The notes beneath the pieces are model-generated. The model worked only from the letters and a program-made list of their open reading frames with translations, did no database searches and was not told where the DNA came from. From Amoebidium appalachense (Eukaryota; Protista; Ichthyosporea): 64,000 nucleotides of DNA. A program made the translations under genes and the position numbers. Where the stretch lies: NCBI GenBank assembly GCA_963693365.1, contig CAVNZM010000009.1, positions 10,234,243 to 10,298,242 on the forward strand, in the 5' to 3' direction. The number at the start of each line of letters is the position of its first letter. Position 1 is the stretch's first letter. Below, piece by piece: positions 10,254-20,757 of the stretch.

Positions 10254-12148
10254 ATGTTTTTAGTTGTTTGGGTCCTAACATGTCTAACCACTTTGGTGAC
10301 AACAATGCCGGCCCTAGTGGCCTGCATGGGGGGGAAGCTAGAAACGCCGACATCATTTTCCTGGAAGAACTCGGCTATAATGTTCCCCTTTCCCCCCCCG
10401 GCTCTTCACCGTGGCACCCTCCTGGAGCAGACCTTCCGTTGCTCGACCGTGTCTACTTCCGTTCACACGACTTGCAACACGACAATCAATACTGCTTCTC
10501 TTTTCATTCAGGGGAAACCGACTACGGCCAATCATTTGACCCCGAAGACCTGCCACCTGAAGACAATCGACATTCATCAGTCGACCTTCTCCACGGGCTC
10601 TATGTCGAGGTCAACGCAAACGCAAGCCGAGGCACCAGACGCCCTGATACGCGCCCTAACGGAGTATGCAAATTTGCACAACAAGACGGGCGTGAGCCTG
10701 GCAGCTTGGTGCTGGTGCGTTCTTGGGTGTCTCCTTCTGTTCGTGCTGCTGGCATTTTTGGTATCGAAGTTTGCCAGCTGTACAGCGCGCACGGCACTGT
10801 ACCGTTCGTCGACGGCACTCACCTTGCTCCACCAACAACTACTCGCCCTCGCGAATGTATTCACTTCCAGGCAAAACTACGCGTGCCTTTCAGGGCAGTC
10901 TTCCCCCATCACTAAGTCACATGAATTTATCAATCAGTTAGTGACTCTTAGTCGTGGTGAGCTCGACCTAGTGGTTACTTATTATGGTAACCGGGGCCCT
11001 CGAAAATTTCATCCAAGCATGCTCCCCTCGTGGGTTCGTGCCGGACGGGGCCCCCGTAAGAACTCTGGCCGAGGTGGTAGGGGTGGACGTGGTGGTGGCC
11101 GGGGGGGGCATAACAACCCCCCTCCTGCTGCCAACGAAAATGGGGATGGTAATGCAGGTGGCGGTGGCCCCCCACCTCCCCCGGACGGTGGTGCTGACGG
11201 GGGTGCCGGTGGTGCTAATGGTGCCGGAGGTGCTAACGGTGCTGGTGGTGCCGGTGGTGGTGGTGGTGATGGTGGTGGTGACGACGGTGACGGTGGTGAT
11301 GACGGTGACGGTAACGACGGCAACGGTGACGACCGGGAGGGGAAGGAAAAGATTCAACACATCCCCTCAGCAGCAATTCAGTCCCGTCCTATGCTCGAGG
11401 CAGATGCCGATATCGACGAATTTTACAAACAACTCCAACATCATTTAATTTTCTTTTGTATTATGGAGTTGGTGGGCTTAAATCGCACGTTGATGTTTAT
11501 TCGTATGTGCATGGGCCCCGGGGACCCCCGAGATGCTGCCGACAACGTCGACCTTTCCACGTGCACCGGCATCGACGATTTTTGGGCTAAGTTCCTTGAG
11601 AAGTATTTAGACAAGGAACGTAAGGAGGAGCATTGTAACTGAACAAGCTTCGTTTTATGCACACTCGGGCCTCGATAAAGACATTCCACAAGAAATTTAA
11701 TTGCATCATCTCCAACTCGGGTCTCAAGGACATGCCCGAGGTTGTGCTTCATCATTACCAACGTACCCTCAACGACTACCCGGACCTTTGTTCCGAGGCC
11801 CGGGCTGCAACCACCCTCAAACAAGCCATGGGCCGTGTCATCCGACGGTATGAGGCTGATGTGGGTGCTCACAATTTAAAATGTAACCGTAATGTGGGTG
11901 CTGTAGATGAGATGGGTGGTGGTAGTGGGGGGCATGGTGGTGGTGGTGGTGGTCACGGGGGTGGCCACGGAGGTAGTGGGGGTAATGTTGGTGGTAAGGG
12001 TAAATCTAATGGGGGGGGCAAATGGGCTAAGGATAATAAGAAAGATAAGAGGGGGCCCAATTGTTGGGCTTGCAAGCAGCCGGGACATCGTTTTAAAGAT
12101 TGCCCCACCCGAGCTGCCAAGAAGAAGGGCAAGCAAAGTGATAAATAG
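10254..12148 (+). CDS. Gypsy Gag with hydrophobic N-terminal extension, Gly-rich linker and CCHC knuckle; disrupted near 11630-11645
   Basis: CWACKQPGHRFKDC knuckle. Frame change between ORFs 10152..11642 and 11657..12148. First ATG after the LTR is at 10254. Confidence 0.75.
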
Positions 12149-15100
12149 GTAATTGCCGGTGCTGGAAGCACGAATACGGCATGTATTGCACATTGTGACC
12201 CAGTGGGTCACGAAAAAGTAATTAAAAATGTGCCTATACCATGTGCTTCTGCCCCGGCTTCTTCTGATATTCCCCCCTCCGAGCCCCCTTCCCCCGACCC
12301 CCGACCCCCCACCCCCCCACACCTATCCCCCCCCACAAAGAAACTTCGAACACTCGATAGAATAAGAAAAGTGTTCGATATAAGTGCCATATGCAATGCA
12401 GGAAGACGTATCTATGTTAATGTTACGTTGAGTAATGAAAAATACTTTGCATTGTTTGACACTGGGGCATCATTCACGGTGGTTAGTGAAGCTGTTTTTT
12501 CCCGACACATGCAGGAGTTTGCTTTGCAACCCTCGGATGTGATTGTTACTTCTGTAAGGAAAAACGACAAAGCTCTAGCTGTGAGTGGTGAAGTGATGCT
12601 CCCGTTATGCCTCGGTTCTCAAACATTCATGTGGCCTTGCTTAGTAATTAAAAATATTAAGCATGACATGATTATTGGGAACGATTTTGCCAACAAACAC
12701 ATTGCCACCACTAATCATCAAGCACACTCACTAACACTGGTGTCGGGGATGGTGGTGCCGACGTCATCATTGCACACCCCCTACACAATGTGTCCTGTTA
12801 CCGTCAAGCACGACACCACCGTCAAATCTGGCTTTGGATGTGTATTACGTGCAACGGTGCAGGTGACTGCTGCTGCTGCTGCTGCTGGCACCCTCGGTAT
12901 CTTCGAGCCTACTCGTGAATTTCGAGATAAGTTCCCCCCCACCATCTGTGAAATTAGTGTGGATAAATCTATTGCTGTTGTGTGCGAAAATGGTGTGGGT
13001 CCGGATTTGAACGTGTTCGGTACCATCGGTCATTTCGTTCCTACGAGCCGACATGAGTACATACACGAACTGAGTGTTTTGCAAGCCGAACCCCACCCCA
13101 GTCGTACAAAAACCGTCGTTGGTGCAATAGCGCAGTGCATCAGGTGGGCAACGGGGGGTGGAGAAGGTTGCCTACCCAATTCACCTCCGGCCGTGCCACC
13201 GGGCCGGGTGCCTACCGATAACATGTGTGGGCACGAAGGGCATGTGAGTGGGACACGAGGCGGTCCGATACACTCACCGATCGACCAATCAATGTGTGCC
13301 GTTGATTATGAAAACCCCCCCCCGCGAAAAATTTCGGAAATTTCGGGTGGGGGTGCACACGATGCCGGCCAGGCTCCCCACGGTTTTGATTGGAATAGGG
13401 TGCCTCAGAGTATGCTTCCGGAGGTTAGGAAACTATTAGAAGCACACTCTCGTTGCTTCACCACTACGGACCCCGACTAATTTCCTCAGATTAAAGGATT
13501 CACCATGCACATAGACACGGGAGATAACCCACCGATTCGATTAAAACAGTGGAGGTTGGAACAAGTGAAAGAGCAGGCTGCAAAGGAGATCGTGGAGGAT
13601 ATGTGTCATAGAGGGCAGATGGAACAAGCACACAGTCAGTATAATTCACCCACCTTCGTAATACGAAAACCAAACGGAAAATACCGTCTGCTGACTGATT
13701 TTCGTGCTCTTAACAAGCAAATTCGAAAATCTGCCTGGCCCATGCCCAACTTGCAACAACAAATAGAGAAGTTGGCTGGGTATAAGTATTTCTGTAAAGC
13801 TGATATGTCGGGTGCCTTTTACCAAATACTGCTGGACGCTGCGTCACGTGAAAAAACAGGATTTTCTGTGGCTGGTGTGCAGTATCGTTATTGTGTGGCA
13901 CCACAGGGGCTCAGTACTTCCCCGTCCCAGCTAGCATCTATCATGACACAGATTTTGGCCCCCCTGGCCGATGATGTGGTGATATATGCCGATGATTTAG
14001 CTGTGGGTGCACACACCGAAAAAGAATTAATACAGAAGCTTGACCGACTTTTCACCCGTCTCGGTGAATATGGAGTTAAGCTCGATGGGGCAAAGACATA
14101 TATTCAATTTGGGCTAACGGAATTACCGTTTTTGGGTTGGATTGTAGGTGTGAATGGCATTCGGCCCGACCCGAAAAAGGTTCAGGCAGTGAAAGATTGG
14201 CCGGTACCAAACACACTACACCAACTCCGGGGTTTTCTGGGTATTACTTCCTATCTCCGCCGTCACATTTTAAATTATGCAGAGCGAGCCCGACCCATGA
14301 ATGCCGAGTGTTACGGAGAAAAACACCGACGGTTAAAATGGACGGACGAATTAGATCGCTCGTTTAAAGATTTAAAATCGGCGTTATCGGAGGAAGTACT
14401 TGCCCTGCCCGATCTTTCCCCCACGGGGGGTCAGTTTCTTATTCGTTGTGATGCTAGTCGGTTCTCGGAAGGGGCTTGCCTGTAGCAAAAACAAAAAGAT
14501 GGCAAGTTCCGCACGGTGGCATATGCCTCCCGGATGTTTCAACCTACCGAACGTAGGTGGAGCAACATCGAACGAGAAACGCATGCAATCTATTGGGCAC
14601 TGAAAGAGTTTAGGGTATACGTGTATGGTCGAGTAAATACTATTGTGGAAAGTGACCATAAGCCCTCAGGCTGTCTCTCTCTTAAAGGTGTCAAACGGAT
14701 AGCAAACGAACGGATGCAACGGTGGGCTTTGGAAATGCAGGAGTATGATTTCGATCTATACTACCGTCCTGGCCCCACCATGCACGATGCTGATGGGTTA
14801 AGCCGTATAGGATATATTCTGCATGAGAACGAAAACATACCACTGGAAAGGTGGATGTGAAAAAGGAATTACAAGAGGTTCTCACAGCAGATTTATCCGA
14901 GCTTAGCTCGCAACCAGCCGAAGTGTTTGTTGATTGGGGTGATGCACTCGAATTCACACACATTTTCGATCCAGACCGCTTGAAATGTGCACAAATCTCT
15001 GCACTCAGTCAAGCCGGCCTGCCCTCCCTTTCTGCACTCGGTGGTGCCGGCTATCAGAAGGAAGCAATTATGATGGCACAGGGGGGGACAAAATGTGTAA

Positions 15101-16652
15101 GGATATAATCACGTGGCTACGGTGGCTTGCCTCCCTCGATGCCGAGGCCAAACGAGAATGGCAGGCAGGGGGGGAACGAGCTGCACACGGTCTTAATCTT
15201 GAGTATTTCGGATACAAAAAGGTTAAGAAAATAGCACAAATGTGTGTGATAGAGGATGACGTGCTTTATCATGTGGCTAAGGATGTTCGTCGTTGCCTGT
15301 ATGTGCCCGAAATCCTTCGTGCTGATTTATTAAGAAGTGTGCACGACGGGGGGGCTCATACTGGCATTGAACGAACTTACGAAAGATTATACAATTATTA
15401 TTGGCCACGCATGCACAAAGATATCACTGCTTATGTGAATGCCTGCACACAGTGCCAAGGCCGTAACGATAACCCACACTTGAGAAGTAGGCCATTTGAA
15501 CAGAGATACGAAAATTTAAAAATGTTCTCTCGTGTTTCTGTTGACCTTATGGGTCCGTTCACAGAAACGAAAAATGGTAATACTTTCATTTGTGTGTTTA
15601 TGGATATGGCAACGAAGTATTTAATCACTGTGCCCATCCAATCTAAGCATGCCGTTAATGTTGCACATGCACTCATGAATGTAATTTGCTATATACACGG
15701 CCCCCCTCATACACTCTTGAGTGATCAGGGTTCAGAATTTCTCAATGAGCTAATTATTGAGATTTGCCGTATAGCAAATATTGCACAAGTGAGCACCTCT
15801 GCATATCACCCACAAAGCAACGATTCCAATGAAAGGTCTCATAGATTTATTAATAATGCACTCTCAAAGTACGTTAATTATGAGCACACTAATTGGGACA
15901 CTCTGTTGCCGGTGGTTACACATGCATACAACACAACAACACACAAAATTTTGCAATGTACACCGTATTATCTTGTGTACGGGCAAGAAGCAACACAATT
16001 CCCTGACGTTGCCCTTCTTAGCAGTAACCACCCGGCACTCAAGGACCCAGAGTGGAAGGCATACCGGCGAGAGTTACTAGCCCGTCTGCCTCTGCTCCGT
16101 GCTGTGGTCCAGCAACGTGCCGTACGAGAGCCCCCCGGCCCCTCGGTGGCTCGTGAATTTCAGAAGGGTGCACGGATACGTGTTCGGAATCAAGCCAAAA
16201 ATATCGGTGCCTGGGATGTACGGTGGATTACGGGTTACGAAATCGTCAAAAGGGTCGGCCCGGTCACGTACGAGATCCGAAGCTTAGCAACTATGAAGAA
16301 ATCTAAGTGGCATGTGGACGATATTCAGCTTGAATTGAGTGAGCAAAATAGAATTCGGCCTCAAGATCTCTCTCACCTCCCGGACACGGGCGATAGTCAC
16401 AACTTCAACAAGGTTCTGCCGGACGAGTGGGTGGTGGAAAAGGTGCTTGACGTAAGAATTCAGAAACGGCGCAAGCAATCCACCCCTTACAAGTGGTACC
16501 AGATCAAGTGGGCAGGCAAAGATGATTCATTCACCTCTTGGGAGTGTGAGAAAGACTTAGCCTGCCCGGACAAGATCCGAGAGTTCCACCAACGCAGAGG
16601 TGACCTTGCATCGTTCCACGGATACATTGACTCATTGTGTGGAGCATGGTGA
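12149..16652 (+). pseudogene. Gypsy pol: protease, RT, RNase H, integrase, chromodomain; stops at ~13478 and ~14483, frameshifts at ~14850 and ~15090
   Basis: LFDTGASF, DFRALNK, APQGL, YADD, CDAS, SDHKP, DADGLSR, H-H-C-C zinc finger, SDQGSEF, and chromodomain VEKVLD...YQIKWAG...SWE. Confidence 0.95.
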
Positions 16653-16691
16653 CGTATGTCGAGGACGACATACTTCTTTTACGGTGGGGCG

Positions 16692-19600
16692 TGTGGTATA
16701 TTATACCGGATATCTAGTATGGATGTACACAGGTTGAGATATACGCACACGTGTACATGTATATATACCACTGTGTTTGATCTTAGGTAGGCCAGTATGC
16801 ATGTCCCTCCCAGTCTTGTGCGCATGAGCATGGAGTTAAACATATGTGCACGTGCAACTTGCAGGATTATTCATGGGAAAACAGATATAATAGCCACATG
16901 GGACCGACACGTAGCAGAGGAACCATGAGCGTTAAGTTATAGTTTTATCATGGGAAAATATGCAAGTAGCCGCGTGAGGTATGACTGTGGAATGCATCGA
17001 TAATCAAGTACTGTCACCCGATTGGCTCAATAGGTTTATTGGAACCGTGATAGCCATGGGACAGTGTGACGTAGATATACATCGAGTCACCCCAGACACG
17101 GAAGCCCCCCAGATCAATAAACATCACGATGTAAATGGGGCTTCCGGGACCTGGCGTCCTCAGTCTTTTCCTTGTCCAAAACATATTTCTTGTCAACGAA
17201 ATCTGTGACCATCCCTCCCCCATCCGACTTTCATCCGTGTTCAAATTCATCCGTGTTCAAATTCATATTCCCATCACATTTCGATGTCGCATGGTAGCAG
17301 AAAAGGAAGGTCTCCCTCGGGGGTAACCAGGTAAACACGCTTCCACACGCGCGCTCTGCTAGCATGCTACGATATGTCATTTTTACGGACGGATGGTCAC
17401 AGCAGTCCACGGATAACTACGGATACACGAGGATGCATTTGCTTACTATTCGGACGTCGCCCCGCAATGAGGCCTTTTTTTTTTTTTTTTGCAACAGCCA
17501 TATCATTTTTTATATTGTAGCACACACAACCCGGTTTTCGCACCAGCCCATTTCTCATGAGCGCATCATCTTTTCCCACTTTCCACACACGACCACACAG
17601 TGATCGGCAAGTTTTGGTCCTGATACTTTGTGCGTATAAGCAAAGCACGAGAAGCGCCACCCCCGTGTGCTGCTAATCCCGCATAATGGGTGCCGGCCAG
17701 ACACTAAGCCCAGCACACGTTTGCCGGAGGGTGTGAGTCTCGGACTTTGCTTATGCCCACACGGTGGTTAAGATCACTACCTGACGATCACTAGAGTCGT
17801 GTGTTTTCCTTCAGTCTGAACAGCCGTCGTTTGCGCAAACTACGTGTATATACCCAATCACGATATATTTCAACATGTACATCCGGAAGATCTATGTCTG
17901 CTTCTCGCTCTTGCTCGCCTCTGCTTACATGTTTTGTTTTTATGTTTTGTACCCACGTGAGGTCATCCTCAGAGGCACTGCAGCCCGCCCACGTGTGGTT
18001 AGGGGATGGCTTGAAGGTTTGCCAGTCCCTGACATATACACTGTGACGCCCCCCTACCCCTAGTATGCATCCACATGCTTATATGTTTGCACCCACGTAC
18101 TAGCCTTATCCATGTGTGAGGACACACACTATCCTTCTCTTGTGCGCTTAACATGTGACGTAGATATACATCGAGTCACCCCAGACACGGAAGCCCCCCA
18201 GATCAATAAACATCACGATGTAAATGGGGCTTCCGGGACCTGGCGTCCTCAGTCTTTTCCTTGTCCAAAACATATTTCTTGTCAACGAAAGCTGTGACCA
18301 TCCCTCCCCCATCCGACTTTCATCCGTGTTCAAATTCATATTCCCATCACATTTCGATGTCGCATGGTAGCAGAAAAGGAAGGTCTCCCTCGGGGGTAAC
18401 CAGGAAAACACGCTTCCACACGCGCGCTCTGCTAGCATGCTACGATAGCTCATTTTTACGGACGGATGGTCACAGCAGTCCACGGATAACTACGGATACA
18501 CGAGGATGCATTTGCTTACTTATTCGGACGTCGCCCCGCAATGAGGCCATTTTTTTGCAACAGCCATATCATTTTTCATATTGTAGCACACACAACTCGT
18601 TTTTCGCACCAGCCCATTTCTCATGAGCGCATCATCTTTTCCCATTTTCCACACACGACCACACAGTGATCGGCAAGTTTTGATCCTGATACTTTGTGCA
18701 TATAAGCAAAGCACGAGAAACGCCACCCCCGTGTGCTGCTAATCCCGCATAATGGGTGCCGGCCAGACACTAAGCCCAGCACACGTTTGCCGGAGGGTGT
18801 GAGTCTCGGGCTTTGCTTATGCCCACACAATGGTTAAGATCACTACCTGACGATCACTAGAGTCGTGTGTTTTCCTTCAGTCTGAACAGCCGTCGTTTGC
18901 GCAAACTACGTGTATATACCCAATCACGATATATTTCAACATGTACATCCGGAAGATCTATGTCTGCTTCTCACTCTTGCTCGCCTCTGCTTACATGTTT
19001 TGCTTTTGTGTTGTGTACCCACGTGAGGTCATCCTCAGAGGCACTGCAGCCCGCCCACGTGTGGTTAGGGGATGGCTTGGAGGTTTGCCTGTCCCTGACA
19101 TACACTGTGACGCCCCCCCCTACCCCTAGTAGTATGCATCCACATGCTTATATGTTTGCACCCACGTACTAGCCTTATCCATGTGTGAGGACACACACTA
19201 TCCTTCTCTTGTGCGCTTAACATGTGACGTAGATATACATCGAGTCACCCCAGACACGGAAGCCCCCCAGATCAATAAACATCACGATGTAAATGGGGCT
19301 TCCGGGACCTGGCGTCCTCAGTCTTTTCCTTGTCCAAAACATATTTCTTGTCAACGAAAGCTGTGACCATCCCTCCCCCATCCGACTTTCATCCGTGTTC
19401 AAATTCATATTCCCATCACATTTCGATGTCGCATGGTAGCAGAAAAGGAAGGTCTCCCTCGGGGGTAACCAGGTAAACACGCTTCCACACGCGCGCTCTG
19501 CTAGCATGCTACGATAGCTCATTTTTACGGACGGATGGTCACAGCAGTCCACGGATAACTACGGATACACGAGGATGCATTTGCTTACTATTCGGACGTC

Positions 19601-20757
19601 GCCCCGCAATGAGGCCTTTTTTGGAACAGCCATATCATTTTTTATATTGTAGCACACACAACCCGGTTTTCGCACCAGCCCATTTCTCATGAGCGCATCA
19701 TCTTTTCCCATTTTCCACACACGACCACACAGTGATCGGCAAGTTTTGGTCCTGATACTTTGTGCGTATAAGCAAAGCACGAGAAACGCCACCCCCGTGT
19801 GCTGCTAATCCCGCATAATGGGTGCCGGCCAGACACTAAGCCCAGCACACGTTTGCCGGAGGGTGTGGGTCTCGGACTTTGCTTATGCCCACACGGTGGT
19901 TAAGATCACTACCTGACGATCACTAGAGTCGTGTGTTTTCCTTCAGTCTGAACAGCCGTCATTTGCGCAAACTACGTGTATATACCCAATCACGATATAT
20001 TTCAACATGTACATCCGGAAGATCTATGTCTGCTTCTCGCTCTTGCTCGCCTCTGCTTACATGTTTTGCTTTTATGTTTTGTACCCACGTGAGGTCATCC
20101 TCAGAGGCACTGCAGCCCGCCCACGTGTGGTTAGGGGATGGCTTGGAGGTTTGCCTGTCCCTGACATATACACTGTGACGCCCCCCCCTACCCCTAGTAT
20201 GCATCCACATGCTTTTATGTTTGCACCCCCGTACTAGCCTTATCCATGTGTGAGGACACACACTATCCTTCTCTTGTGCGCTTAACATGTGACGTAGATA
20301 TACATCGAGTCACCCCAGACACGGAAGCCCCCCAGATCAATAAACATCACGATGTAAATGGGGCTTCCGGGACCTGGCGTCCTCAGTCTTTTCCTTGTCC
20401 AAAACATATTTCTTGTCAACGAAATCTGTGACCATCCCTCCCCCATCCGACTTTCATCCGTGTTCAAATTCATCCGTGTTCAAATTCATATTCCCATCAC
20501 ATTTCGATGTCGCAACAGAACCGTGAACCGTATGTGATTGGCTCTCGTAGCCAAAAAGCACATACCGATGCGCATGTCTGAGCCGCTGTGCGAGCTCCGT
20601 TATAAGGGCATGTCGGGGGCTTCAGAGCTCACTGAGTGTGCTCGGCTTACTAGGTGTAAGTAGGACTAGCACGTAACTAAGCAAAGCGTGGTCTAGTCAA
20701 CCCCGTTCATTTATAAACATATTGTTTGTCACAGACACACGATCATATTATACAACA
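16692..20757 (+). repeat. Gypsy 3' LTR, split by the mini-LTR trimer (halves 16692-17064 and 20519-20757)
   Basis: The halves sum to 612 bp. One difference from the 5' LTR was seen (gacaccc vs gacacac). Confidence 0.95.
17065..20514 (+). mobile_element. Tandem-array non-autonomous mini-LTR (TRIM-like) element: LTRs 17065-17291, 18154-18364, 19223-19433, 20288-20514 with three ~860-bp non-coding internal regions
   Basis: TGTGAC...GTCGCA termini; PBS TGGTAGCAGA (tRNA-iMet 3' end) after LTRs 1-3; single 4-bp TSD ACAG (17061-17064 and 20515-20518); no TE ORFs. Confidence 0.92.

Larger units (their letters stand above)
9576..20757 (+). mobile_element. Ty3/Gypsy chromovirus-type LTR retrotransposon (defective pol)
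   Basis: 612-bp TG...CA LTRs, 5-bp TSD GCTGG (9571-9575 and 20758-20762), gag-PR-RT-RH-IN-chromodomain order, purine-rich GGTGGGGCG before the 3' LTR. Confidence 0.96.

Noticed and set aside
17140-17170. Hammerhead ribozyme (retrozyme) in the mini-LTR; CTGAGGA on the minus strand
   Set aside because: No stem II followed by GAAA and no matching stem III/UH site was found by eye.
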